A stretch of DNA of 36,091 nucleotides from Methanobacteriota archaeon. GTDB taxonomy: Archaea > Thermoplasmatota > Poseidoniia > Poseidoniales > Poseidoniaceae. A model generated the notes under the pieces. It was not told the origin of the DNA, did not search any database, and saw nothing but the letters and a program-made list of their open reading frames with translations. This document shows, in pieces, positions 8,458 to 17,757 of this stretch. Where the stretch lies: positions 1 through 36,091 of the forward strand of contig JABGWN010000052.1 of the NCBI GenBank assembly GCA_018645535.1. Direction: 5' to 3'. A program made the translations under genes and the position numbers. How positions within the stretch are numbered: position 1 is the stretch's first letter; each line of letters opens with the position of its first letter.

Positions 8458-10023
8458 TCATTCCTCAGGGATATAGAACAACTCAACGCTACCTGTTCCC
8501 AGGGAAATTGGTTGTCCAACGATAATGTTCTCTGCAACACCGGTAAGACGGTCTGTTTCACCGATGATACCTGCCTTAAGCAAGTGGTTTACAGTAACTT
8601 CGAAAGCAGCACGAGCAAGAATACTGTGCTTGGTTCCTGAAACACCGTGTCGGCCAATTGCACGTACCTCACCTTCAGAGGTCATGACGTCTGCAACCAT
8701 GAGAAGGTGGCGAACGTCGACTTCAAGACGAGCACTGAGCAAAGTTGCTTCAAGTTCGTTGATAATTGCTTGACGAGCAGATTCAATACCAAGATAGTTG
8801 AAGATCTCAATAATGTTGTTCGTATAGGTACGAGAACGGTCAATTGATTCGATTTCACTCACTCGTGATAGATTTGAACCAATGGTTGAGAGATAGTATT
8901 CTCCGGCTTTGTCATCGAATTGAACGTTTGCACGCTCGATGCTTGGGATACCCTTCAAACGCATGTCACGAATCTTTTCTTCAAGTTGTAGAAGCATGGT
9001 GTACGAAGGAGGATTATCCTGCAATTCAGCAAGATCCTCTTCGTTGTGAACGCCAGGAATAATGGTAAGAGTACCTGGATTCTTTTCCTTGTCTACTTGT
9101 ACATAGAGGCGAAGTGCTCGCTCAAGCTTGTCCTTAACTTCCATTCCAGTCATGTTCTTTTGCTTGAGGTTTCCTTTATTCAATTTGAGAACAAGTCGTC
9201 GTTGAGCAACGTCGGTCTCGATTTGAGCGATGTTGGCAGTCGTTGTAATCTCGAGAGAAGCAGCAAGTTTCTGTGCTTCTTCTGGAGAATTCTTGTCAGG
9301 CATCAAACGAATGATCATTGTAGGCGTACTTGGTACCTTACGTGCATCGACAATCTCAATGATACGAGGTAGACCTTGTGTGACGTTGACAGTCGCAACA
9401 CCCGCATAGTGGAACGTACGCATGGTCATCTGTGTTCCAGGCTCACCAATAGATTGAGCAGTGATAATTCCTGCAGCTTCGAATGGATCGATACTGGCTT
9501 TGTCCAGAGCATTGAATGCATCGTTGATAACAGCAGCAGCTTGCTTCTTGGTCAATTTCTTGAGTCCACGCTTGTGGATTGCAAGAGTCATATCATGAAT
9601 GATTTTGCCGCTGAAGCGGTTTGTACCCATGTCATCGACGGCTGCATGAAGAGCCTGGAAGACCTTGTCATCTGCAAGAACATCATCAAAGGAACGTAGT
9701 TTCTTTTCAACGTTGTAGACATCGAGGTCAACTGCTGTCTTTGCACGAGAACGGGTTCGAGTTCCTCTTGCTCGCATCTTACGAACTTGAGTTACTGGAC
9801 CTGTTGCTTCAGAACCGCTTGCACGGTTCTTCTTCATAGCTCCATCAATAGTTCCACGGATTGTGGCTGATGTTTCTGAATCAGTTTCGCAGATTTGAGC
9901 GATTTCTTGAGCAGTGAGAATCTTGACGTCATCCCACTTTCGATCGTTTGCTAGTGTGTGAGCAAAGTTTTCTGCAATGCCCAAATCCATGAGCTTCTTC
10001 TTGGTTGCACTCTTAACGACCAT
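8458..10023 (-). CDS. rpoA2: DNA-directed RNA polymerase subunit A'' with ~100-aa N-terminal extension
   Basis: [38 protein letters not shown] and [32 protein letters not shown] are canonical A'' blocks. The start ATG overlaps the rpoA1 stop (TGATG at 10021-10025). Confidence 0.95.
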   Translation of the reverse strand: MVVKSATKKKLMDLGIAENFAHTLANDRKWDDVKILTAQEIAQICETDSETSATIRGTIDGAMKKNRASGSEATGPVTQVRKMRARGTRTRSRAKTAVDLDVYNVEKKLRSFDDVLADDKVFQALHAAVDDMGTNRFSGKIIHDMTLAIHKRGLKKLTKKQAAAVINDAFNALDKASIDPFEAAGIITAQSIGEPGTQMTMRTFHYAGVATVNVTQGLPRIIEIVDARKVPSTPTMIIRLMPDKNSPEEAQKLAASLEITTTANIAQIETDVAQRRLVLKLNKGNLKQKNMTGMEVKDKLERALRLYVQVDKEKNPGTLTIIPGVHNEEDLAELQDNPPSYTMLLQLEEKIRDMRLKGIPSIERANVQFDDKAGEYYLSTIGSNLSRVSEIESIDRSRTYTNNIIEIFNYLGIESARQAIINELEATLLSARLEVDVRHLLMVADVMTSEGEVRAIGRHGVSGTKHSILARAAFEVTVNHLLKAGIIGETDRLTGVAENIIVGQPISLGTGSVELFYIPEE

Positions 10024-13000
10024 CAGTCCTCACCTCCATCGTAATCGACCTCGGTTGACTCATCGTCCCATGCACCAAGATCTTCCTCACGTTCTTCACG
10101 CTCTAGACTTTCACGAGTAACAACAGTTACTCCATCGGTACCAAGAGCACCATCGATGATAACATCGATGTTGAAGGCAGATCCGTGGACACCACGGCTT
10201 GGGTCAATTCCGTCTTCTCCATAGGAGAATTGGATGATACGGTTTGCAGTGTTTCGTACAGAGAGCATATCATCATTGAAGACCTTGAGATCATCCATTG
10301 CGTTAATCAATCGGCGTTGCATGTATCCAGACTTGGAAGTACGAACCGCTGTATCGACCAGAGATTCTCTTCCAGAAACTGAGAGCATAAAGAACTCAGT
10401 TGGTTCAAGTCCACGCTTGAAAGAACCGGAAATGAATCCACGGTCTTCTGCACCACGGCCACCACGCTTGAAGTGAGGAAGAACACGGTCATCGTATCCA
10501 CGTTCAAGACGCTTACCACGAACCTTTGCTTGACCGATTGAACCAGCCATCATGTTCAGGTTATCCATTGAACCGCGAGCACCAGATATTGCCATGTTAA
10601 CAGCAGCATTGGTTGAACCGGATTGGTTCAGCTCGTTCTTAGCAACGTCACCAGCTTCTTGCTTTCCTTCATCGAGCATTACCATGATGTTCTCTTCAAG
10701 AGTTTCACGCATTGTTCGGCCAGCACGAGGTTCGTACTTTCGAGGATCGCCCTTAGCGGATTCAAAGTGTGCAAGTTCTTTGTTAACAAGTTCACCAGCT
10801 TCAGCATTTGCCGCATGGATTGCAGCAAGTGCTTCTGAAGACAAATCTTCATCATCAATACCCGTTGTAAATCCAAGCGATGTACAAGCAGCGATAGAGA
10901 GTCGTGTGAATTCATTCAAGAATTGAGCACCCTTTTCGGAACCATTTGTTTGAACGATAGCATCCAACAAACGACCGTCTTCAGCACCAATTGCACGCTT
11001 GTCAAGAGTTCCCGTAACGTTTCCGTTTCGGACGTGAACTTCGTCTCGGCTTCTTGACATGAAGTGCAGGTTGATGTTGTCAGGAATGATCAGAGAAATC
11101 AAGTCGTGTCCTCTGAATGCATCTTTTCCGTTTTCGTCCTTGATGATTTCAGGCAGTTGACCAGTGTAGTCAATACTTCCAAGCATCTCAAGACCATGGG
11201 ATTTTAGAACTGTTGTTCCAGGACGTGATAGGAGATAAGCACCAGAAATGTGGTCGTGAATACCACCGATAACTGCTCCACCGTAACGAGGTGTGAGGAT
11301 GTGCTCTTGCACTCTCATCAGAATCTTAGCTTCAGCACGAGCTTCTTCAGATTGAATAACGTGAAGGTTCATCTCGTCTCCGTCGAAATCTGCGTTGTAA
11401 GGAGTACATACAGCCAAGTTAAATCGGAATGTTTTTCCTTCCATGACACGCACTTCGTGAACCATCATCGACATTCTGTGAAGAGATGGTTGTCGGTTGA
11501 AGATTGCAACGTCTCCATCGATAAGGTGACGCTCTACTTGCATACCGGGCTTTGGATTTCCGCGTATGTCAACAGTTGAAAGTCGGTCTTCGACAGGTGT
11601 TGGCATGTCGTATTCATCGTCAGGGCTGCCACAGTGAGGGCAACGGATTTCAAGATGCGCTGGAAGTGGCTCAGGGTCAAGTTTGTCTGCTTGACCGAGT
11701 TCATGCAACCATCGATAATGGAGAACTGCACGAGGATCGTCTTCAGGCAATGGGTGACCGTGAGCATCTTCACCACGAAGGTTACGAATAGTTGCTTCAT
11801 CATCAACCAAGTAAGTCAAATCATCGAGACCGCTTCCTTCAAGATTCTGAATTTCACGAATAACCAAACCAGGTAGGAAGTTTGGAGCGAAGAGAACTTC
11901 GTTCAGATCATGACGTAGGCCAGGGTATGGTTGGCTCTTGAGAGCGTCGCCAGAGTGGCATTCAGGATTATGGCATCGGAAACCTGCGTTAATCAAACGG
12001 CTTCGAGCATTAATTCGGACACGTCGGCCGTCACCACGAACAATGTAGTTGACACCAGGGTGAACATCAGGTCCACGAAGAATCATCTGTCGCATTTGTT
12101 CTCGGTTACGTAGAGTAACACGGATAGGTACGGTCAATTCCTTTGCAATCTTCTTAGGGACACCAACTTCGTTGATTCCAAGGTACGGGTCAGGAGAGAT
12201 AACTGAACGAGCACAGAAGTTAACACGCTTACCGGATAGGTTAGAACGAAATCGTCCTTCCTTACCCTTGAGTCGTTGCGTCAGAGTCTTCAATGTACGG
12301 CCAGATCGATGACGTGCTGGAGGAATTCCAGATGTTTGGTTATCGAAGTAGGTTGTTACGTGATACTGTAGAAGTTCCCAAAGGTCTTCAACAATCAATT
12401 GAGGTGCACCAGAGTCACGATTCTCTTGCAGACGTTGGTTGATACGTAGAACGTCAACCAGCTTGTGTGTCAAGTCGTCTTCTGAACGATCTCCACTGTC
12501 AAGTGTAATCGATGGTCGAACGGTGATCGGAGGAACCGGTAGAACCTTCAAAACCGTCCATTCAGGTCGGTTTTGCTTATCCATTCCAATGAAAATCAAG
12601 TTTTCTGGAGGGATACTTGCTAGCCACTCACGAACGTCCCGAGGATTCATCTTTCTCTCAGTCTCTTTTCCGCCAGTAGTTGCATTCTCAGTCTTCTCCT
12701 TGAATGTCGTTGGCTTGTCAAGACGGATTTCTCCTTGCAGAGATCCGCAGTGCATACAAGTACGTCGGTTCTTAGCAGATGCAATCTTTTCGACTTCCTT
12801 GATGATGCTTGAGAATTCTGTTGAACCAACACCGTGCTTGGTGATGATATCACGGATACGTGATCGGTAGTAATCCTGTTCAGAAAGTTCTGGGTTGGAA
12901 GGGTGAGTTTCCTTTGCAGAGTGAAGTAGAACGTTACTGCAAGAGTTACATGTCGACTTCAGTGCTGTCTTGATGAGGTTTACGAAACCGATGTGAATAA

Positions 13001-13259
13001 CCGGAAGTTCAAGTTGGATGTGTCCAAAGTGACCTGGTGATTCGTCATACTTACAGTTGTCAGTTGGACAAACCAAACCAGGTTCGATAACACCCATGTG
13101 GGAGTCCATCAATCCTTGATTGTATGGGCGTCCATCATCCTTGTAGGTGTCAGGAGTCTTAACTTCGACAGATGACATCTTACGGATTTCACTCGGGTCC
13201 ATTAGGCTGAAACGAATCTGTGCGATTCGCTTTGGGATTAGTGTCGTTCTTCTGCTCAT
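10023..13259 (-). CDS. rpoA1: DNA-directed RNA polymerase subunit A' (with lineage-specific insertion and acidic C-terminal tail)
   Basis: Zn motifs CPTDNCK...GHFGH and CNSC...CMHCG are present. So are [28 protein letters not shown], the catalytic [12 protein letters not shown], and [26 protein letters not shown] overlap with rpoB at 13256-13259. At 1078 aa it is longer than the roughly 880-900 aa I recall for typical A'. Confidence 0.95.
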   Translation of the reverse strand: MSRRTTLIPKRIAQIRFSLMDPSEIRKMSSVEVKTPDTYKDDGRPYNQGLMDSHMGVIEPGLVCPTDNCKYDESPGHFGHIQLELPVIHIGFVNLIKTALKSTCNSCSNVLLHSAKETHPSNPELSEQDYYRSRIRDIITKHGVGSTEFSSIIKEVEKIASAKNRRTCMHCGSLQGEIRLDKPTTFKEKTENATTGGKETERKMNPRDVREWLASIPPENLIFIGMDKQNRPEWTVLKVLPVPPITVRPSITLDSGDRSEDDLTHKLVDVLRINQRLQENRDSGAPQLIVEDLWELLQYHVTTYFDNQTSGIPPARHRSGRTLKTLTQRLKGKEGRFRSNLSGKRVNFCARSVISPDPYLGINEVGVPKKIAKELTVPIRVTLRNREQMRQMILRGPDVHPGVNYIVRGDGRRVRINARSRLINAGFRCHNPECHSGDALKSQPYPGLRHDLNEVLFAPNFLPGLVIREIQNLEGSGLDDLTYLVDDEATIRNLRGEDAHGHPLPEDDPRAVLHYRWLHELGQADKLDPEPLPAHLEIRCPHCGSPDDEYDMPTPVEDRLSTVDIRGNPKPGMQVERHLIDGDVAIFNRQPSLHRMSMMVHEVRVMEGKTFRFNLAVCTPYNADFDGDEMNLHVIQSEEARAEAKILMRVQEHILTPRYGGAVIGGIHDHISGAYLLSRPGTTVLKSHGLEMLGSIDYTGQLPEIIKDENGKDAFRGHDLISLIIPDNINLHFMSRSRDEVHVRNGNVTGTLDKRAIGAEDGRLLDAIVQTNGSEKGAQFLNEFTRLSIAACTSLGFTTGIDDEDLSSEALAAIHAANAEAGELVNKELAHFESAKGDPRKYEPRAGRTMRETLEENIMVMLDEGKQEAGDVAKNELNQSGSTNAAVNMAISGARGSMDNLNMMAGSIGQAKVRGKRLERGYDDRVLPHFKRGGRGAEDRGFISGSFKRGLEPTEFFMLSVSGRESLVDTAVRTSKSGYMQRRLINAMDDLKVFNDDMLSVRNTANRIIQFSYGEDGIDPSRGVHGSAFNIDVIIDGALGTDGVTVVTRESLEREEREEDLGAWDDESTEVDYDGGED

Positions 13260-16200
13260 CTTCGGTCCTCCAGTTCTAGTCGCATAGCAACCCCGAGACT
13301 CTTCATCTCATCCAGCAAGAGCTTGAATGCGTAGGAAGTCTGTACCTTGTAGACTTCTGCACCATCTCCATGAACTGGACTGACGTAGGTTCGGCGTTTT
13401 GGATCGTACCATGCAATGTGCCCAGATTGAGCACATACAAACATGTCAATTCCGTCAGACTCATCGAGCAGACGGTCCTTGATGACCATTGAAGCACCGT
13501 GTGCAATCAGACAGTCACGTTCCATCTCACCAAATCGAAGACCACCTTGACGGGCACGACCTTCTGTTGGTTGACGGGTAAGAATTTGAACACGTCCACG
13601 GGAACGGGCGTGAATCTTGGAACTGACAAGATGGTGGAGTCTCTGATAGTAGATACATCCAACGAAAATCTCTGCAGGGTATGATTCTCCAGTTTCACCG
13701 TTCACCATGATTTCACGGCCTGTGTGGTCAAGTCCATTTCGGACAAGTCCGTCACGTAGGCTGCTTTCCTTTTCTCCACGGAATGCAGTACCGTCAATAC
13801 GACGTCCTTCCATAGCACCGACTTTACCACCGATCATTTCCAGAACGTGAGCTACAGTCATGCGGGATGGAATAGCGTGAGGGTTGATAATCAAATCAGG
13901 AACAACACCGTCTTGTGTGAATGGCATATCTTCAGGCTCTACGAGTCTACCGATAACACCCTTCTGTCCGTGACGTGAAGCGAATTTGTCTCCAACTTCA
14001 GGAATCTTGTGGCTTCGAACCATGACACGAACGAGACGACCTGAGTTGTCTGATTCTGTGACATATACGTTGTCGACCCATCCCTTCTCGCCATGGCGAA
14101 CAAGCATCGAGGATTCTCGGCGTTCTTGAGCCATAAGGAAAGCTCCACTGTTCGATTCTTCGAGGAATCGAGGTGGACTTGTCTTTCCAACGAGGACGTT
14201 TCCGCCTTCCAAGTATGTTTCTGGGAGAGGCAATCCGTCGTCTTCGAGATGAGAGTAGGCTTCAGTAGGCTTCAATCCCTTGACTTCAGTTAGCTTGTTT
14301 CCAGGCTTTTCAATCTCTTCAACTTGACCACCTGGGAATCGGCGGCGTTCTGCGTTGTAGGTTCGGTTGAAGGTTGAACGGCCAAGGCCACGATCAACTG
14401 ATGCACGGTTCATGATGACAGCGTCTTGCATGTTGTAACCGTGTAGAGACATGATTGCAACAATGAAGTTCTGACCACCAGGTCGCTCATCGAAGTTTGT
14501 GGTCTTCATAGCGGCAGTACGGACAATTGAGCGGTGAGGGTAGTGCAAGATGTGAGCACGTGTGTCAGGGCGCAGACGATAGTTTGCGCTTGGCAGACCA
14601 AGTGATTGCTTGACCATTGCAGTACCACCAGTAACACGAGGAGTCGAGTTGTGTTCTGGGTATGGAATCAGAGATGCACAAACACCGAGAACCAATTGTG
14701 GGTCGATTTCAACGTGCGTGTGTTCTGCTCCGAACAAGAGTGGAACTTCCAACTTAGCGACTTCAATCGAACCATTAGGCATTCGAACTTCTGCTTCAAG
14801 AACGGCATGTGATTCACCAGGCTGTCCGAGGTTGACCCATCGAATCTTCTCGTGTGTCACTGGACGTCCAGAGAATTTCCCATCTGGTACAGATTCAGGA
14901 AGAACGAACGGTCGTGGAGCGATGTAGAGGTCTTCTTCTTCCTCAGCATCTACCCACTCGACAATACCATCATTGACAAGATCCTTGAAGGTAATGTTAC
15001 CTGCAGCGAGATCAACAAGATGGTGGTTTTCTAAACGAGGCGTACCGTCATACAATACGAGCAATGGGCGAAGAATTCGTCCTTTGTCTGTGTTGATGAA
15101 GATGTCACGGTTCTCAAGATCGTGGCGGATGGAAACTTCCGATGGAATGGTTCCACGACGACGTGCGTTCTTGAAGTGATTTACAAGGTTCTTACCTTTC
15201 TTGTGCATACCGTAGATGTCACCGTTGACGTGAACTCTGTCACCGTCAGTCCAGTCATCTGGTTGGTATACATCCAACTCATCAAGACGTTCGCGTACTT
15301 CATGCGGGTCGACTTCTTCTGAGACGTCAATCATTTGAGCTGCGTTCTTTACAAGACCACAGTTCTGGCCTTCAGGCGTCTCGTTTGGACACAGACGTCC
15401 CCATTGTGTAGGGTGAAGGTCACGAGCTTCGAAGTGAGGTTGGCTTCGAACAAGAGGAGATGTAACTCTCCTCATGTGAGAAAGAGAAGCCAAGTATGTT
15501 GTTCTGTCAAGAAGTTGGCTTACACCAGATCGTCCTCCGACCCAGTTTCCAGTCGCAAGTGCGTGGAGAATCTTGGACGACAAAACATCCGGTCGTAGAC
15601 AGGATGTAATCTTGAGTTCTCTCTTACGGTTGTGATGGCGTTCGAGTTGATACTTCAAGTCACGAGCGAGTTGTCCAGATGATACACGGAACAAGTCTTC
15701 GATAAGGTCACCTGCAAGTCGAACACGCTTGTTTGCGTAGTGGTCCTTGTCGTTTGGTTCCTTGTCGTTAAGTGCCATTTCAAGAACTTGACGGACAATT
15801 CTTCCGAGGAAGATAGCCTTCTTCTTGCGGTCTTCTGTTTGATCGCCAAGGTGAGGTAGGAGTTCTCTGTCAAGGAGTTGGTTTACTCGTGCTTCACGGT
15901 ATTCCTTTTGTTGTCCAGCAGCGAATTTCTTTTGGAGCCATTCGTATGCTTCATTGGTACTCTTAACATCGTAATCGCCTTCTTGCTTTTCATCACCGTT
16001 AACTTCGTTGATGTTTGCGACGATGTACTTGAATGTCTCTTGAGGGCCTGAGATAGCAGTAAATACTTCTTGGTCATTTTCGATTCCAAGGGCTCTCATA
16101 AGGAGAACGACTGGAATTGGAGTTGTACCTGCAGTACTTACTTTCACCATGAGCATACCGTCACGTCGCTTTTCGACGGTGAGAGGTTTGCGCATACCGT

Positions 16201-16876
16201 TTTTCTGTGAGAAAATCTTCGCAACTTCAGTACGCTTTGCAGTGCGCTTGTTGATTTCAACAGTTACTCTGTTTGGTGCAAGATCTTCCATGGAGATGAG
16301 GACACGTTCTGTACCGTTGATGATGAAGTAGCCTCCTAGGTCAAGTGGGTCTTCGCCACGAGAGCGAAGAAGTTCTGCAAGAAGAGCAGAATCTTCGCTT
16401 GACTTACTCGGCTCGAGTGTGCGGCCATCAGCGATGTGGCTTGGGTGAAGATGACAGCGTTGTGAACGGACCATGATCGGAATTGAACCGACTTGTACAC
16501 CTTCTTCTGGGAAAGATGCGACACCGTTTCGATAGATTGTGAAATCGATGCTGACCGGGGATTGGTAGGTCAACTTACGAAGTCTGCATTCCATAGGGGA
16601 AGCATGGTGGTAAGAACCGTTAGCTTCACGGATATTTGGTGCACCGAGTTTAATGTCTTTCAAGCGAATGACGATTTCTTGGTCAGCAACGTCGAGTTTG
16701 ATGTAGCCGCCAAGGTCATCGATGATCTCTTCGTCAGTTCCGACACGGATGTTACGAATGATTTTCTCCATTCGAGAGAGTTGGTTGACTGTGGATGGGA
16801 TACAGTCGTTGTATGAAGCAAGTTGGTGGTTTACTAGGCTTCGTTCTTTGAAAAATGATTCAATAATTTCTTGCAT
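13256..16876 (-). CDS. rpoB: DNA-directed RNA polymerase subunit B (unsplit)
   Basis: Blocks seen: SYNDCIP...; GYFIINGTERVLIS.EDLAPNRV; ETPEG.NCGLVKN; GDKFASRHGQKGV; PDLIINPHAIPSRMT; the Zn-ribbon-region C-terminus; and GGLRFGEMERDCLIAHGA. The start is placed at ATG 16876 (GGAG 9-12 nt upstream, 16 nt after the rpoH stop). The track start at 16924 is a TTG inside rpoH. Confidence 0.95.
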   Translation of the reverse strand: MQEIIESFFKERSLVNHQLASYNDCIPSTVNQLSRMEKIIRNIRVGTDEEIIDDLGGYIKLDVADQEIVIRLKDIKLGAPNIREANGSYHHASPMECRLRKLTYQSPVSIDFTIYRNGVASFPEEGVQVGSIPIMVRSQRCHLHPSHIADGRTLEPSKSSEDSALLAELLRSRGEDPLDLGGYFIINGTERVLISMEDLAPNRVTVEINKRTAKRTEVAKIFSQKNGMRKPLTVEKRRDGMLMVKVSTAGTTPIPVVLLMRALGIENDQEVFTAISGPQETFKYIVANINEVNGDEKQEGDYDVKSTNEAYEWLQKKFAAGQQKEYREARVNQLLDRELLPHLGDQTEDRKKKAIFLGRIVRQVLEMALNDKEPNDKDHYANKRVRLAGDLIEDLFRVSSGQLARDLKYQLERHHNRKRELKITSCLRPDVLSSKILHALATGNWVGGRSGVSQLLDRTTYLASLSHMRRVTSPLVRSQPHFEARDLHPTQWGRLCPNETPEGQNCGLVKNAAQMIDVSEEVDPHEVRERLDELDVYQPDDWTDGDRVHVNGDIYGMHKKGKNLVNHFKNARRRGTIPSEVSIRHDLENRDIFINTDKGRILRPLLVLYDGTPRLENHHLVDLAAGNITFKDLVNDGIVEWVDAEEEEDLYIAPRPFVLPESVPDGKFSGRPVTHEKIRWVNLGQPGESHAVLEAEVRMPNGSIEVAKLEVPLLFGAEHTHVEIDPQLVLGVCASLIPYPEHNSTPRVTGGTAMVKQSLGLPSANYRLRPDTRAHILHYPHRSIVRTAAMKTTNFDERPGGQNFIVAIMSLHGYNMQDAVIMNRASVDRGLGRSTFNRTYNAERRRFPGGQVEEIEKPGNKLTEVKGLKPTEAYSHLEDDGLPLPETYLEGGNVLVGKTSPPRFLEESNSGAFLMAQERRESSMLVRHGEKGWVDNVYVTESDNSGRLVRVMVRSHKIPEVGDKFASRHGQKGVIGRLVEPEDMPFTQDGVVPDLIINPHAIPSRMTVAHVLEMIGGKVGAMEGRRIDGTAFRGEKESSLRDGLVRNGLDHTGREIMVNGETGESYPAEIFVGCIYYQRLHHLVSSKIHARSRGRVQILTRQPTEGRARQGGLRFGEMERDCLIAHGASMVIKDRLLDESDGIDMFVCAQSGHIAWYDPKRRTYVSPVHGDGAEVYKVQTSYAFKLLLDEMKSLGVAMRLELEDRR

Positions 16877-16892
16877 AATATCAACTCCAGCC

Positions 16893-17540
16893 TCAGCTGC
16901 CCTCCACAATAAGCCGGTAAGCAACAGCAGTACCAGCAGATTTGGAATGTCTCTTTACTTTCAGAACACGGTCTGCAATCCATCCCGCTGCGAGTGGGCG
17001 GTGTTCAGGATTTGCTGCAAGTGTTGCATTGTCGAGGAGTTCACAAGCCTCTTTGATGGCTTGAACAACGGGGTCTGAGATTAGGACTTTCGGGAGAAGT
17101 TCCTTTGCAAGACGTGGTTTTCCGTCTTCGTCGAGTTCTTCAAGACCCCAAGGAAGGAGTTCTTCCTTTTCCAAGTCATATTGCTCTTGTTCGCTGATGT
17201 TTGCCTCGCCGAGAAGTTCCTGATGAGGGACCAGTTCGTGGTTCAGGGGGTTGAAACGACTGGTTGCTTCAGGACGATCGAACTCGTCGATTGCTTTGGA
17301 GGAAATTGTGATTTTCTTGCTTCGCTTGTTACGAGAACGGCGGTTCCCTTGCTCGGCAATAATTTGCATAACTTTGGTGAAGGATTCGCTGTCTTTTGCG
17401 ATTCCAAGAATTTTTGCGACGTCGTCAGCAGGCATGGCCTTAATGTCGGCCATGTTTCTGTCCGTAGCCAATTTGTGGGCGTATTCGTCGGATACTCCGA
17501 GTTCGATTAGTCGCTTTTTTGTTGCGCTCTTTACTACCAT
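16893..17540 (-). CDS. rpoH: DNA-directed RNA polymerase subunit H, expanded (~215 aa) with N-terminal extension and two internal insertions
   Basis: The C-terminal part matches the RpoH/Rpb5 C-domain: HELVPHQELL ... LPKVLISDPVVQAI ... DRVLKVKRHSKSAGTAVAYRLIV. It is in first position of the rpo operon. ATG 17540 gives an [10 protein letters not shown]-terminus identical to that of RpoA''. The track start at 17555 is GTG. Confidence 0.85.
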   Translation of the reverse strand: MVVKSATKKRLIELGVSDEYAHKLATDRNMADIKAMPADDVAKILGIAKDSESFTKVMQIIAEQGNRRSRNKRSKKITISSKAIDEFDRPEATSRFNPLNHELVPHQELLGEANISEQEQYDLEKEELLPWGLEELDEDGKPRLAKELLPKVLISDPVVQAIKEACELLDNATLAANPEHRPLAAGWIADRVLKVKRHSKSAGTAVAYRLIVEGS

Positions 17541-17587
17541 CTCATTCAACCCCACTTCGCCCCAACGTCGTACTGCAGCGCATCAGG

Positions 17588-17661
17588 CGGGCCCGACGGG
17601 GTTCGAACCCGCGACCATCGGATTAAAAGTCCGACGCTCTACCTGACTGAGCTACGAGCCC
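17588..17661 (-). tRNA. tRNA-Lys (anticodon UUU), no encoded CCA
   Basis: The minus strand reads GGGCTCG-TA-GCTC-AGTCAGGTA-GAGC-G-TCGGA-CTTTTAA-TCCGA-TGGTC-GCGGG-TTCGAAC-CCCGT-CGGGCCC-G. This is a 74-nt cloverleaf with a 7-bp acceptor stem (one G-U), a GG in the D loop, and a TTCGAAC T loop. The anticodon loop is CU-UUU-AA. Confidence 0.88.
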
Positions 17662-17757
17662 AACGTTGCTTCTTGGGCTTTCAATGCGAACTACCACCCC
17701 TTCATATACCTTACCGATGAGATTGCACCCATTGAATTGATTGGAAAGTCTCTTCAA

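Noticed and set aside
11544-12011. The RpoA' insertion as a mini-intein
   Set aside because: There is no Cys/Ser/Thr at a plausible N-splice junction followed by a TxxH block, and no C-terminal His-Asn plus Cys/Ser/Thr junction. The only HN is followed by Pro (CHNPEC). The flanking CX4C...CX2C pairs fit a structural zinc ribbon better.
16877-16924. TTG start for rpoB at 16924 (overlapping rpoH by 32 nt), and likewise the GTG start for rpoH at 17555
   Set aside because: Downstream ATGs (16876 with a GGAG box; 17540 giving an N-terminus identical to RpoA'') are better supported. The ORF track evidently extends ORFs to alternative start codons.
8437-17646. About 40 short ORFs (60-146 aa) antisense or out of frame within rpoA2, rpoA1, rpoB and rpoH
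   Set aside because: They are fully embedded in highly conserved RNAP coding frames. None has recognisable motifs, start context or intergenic space.
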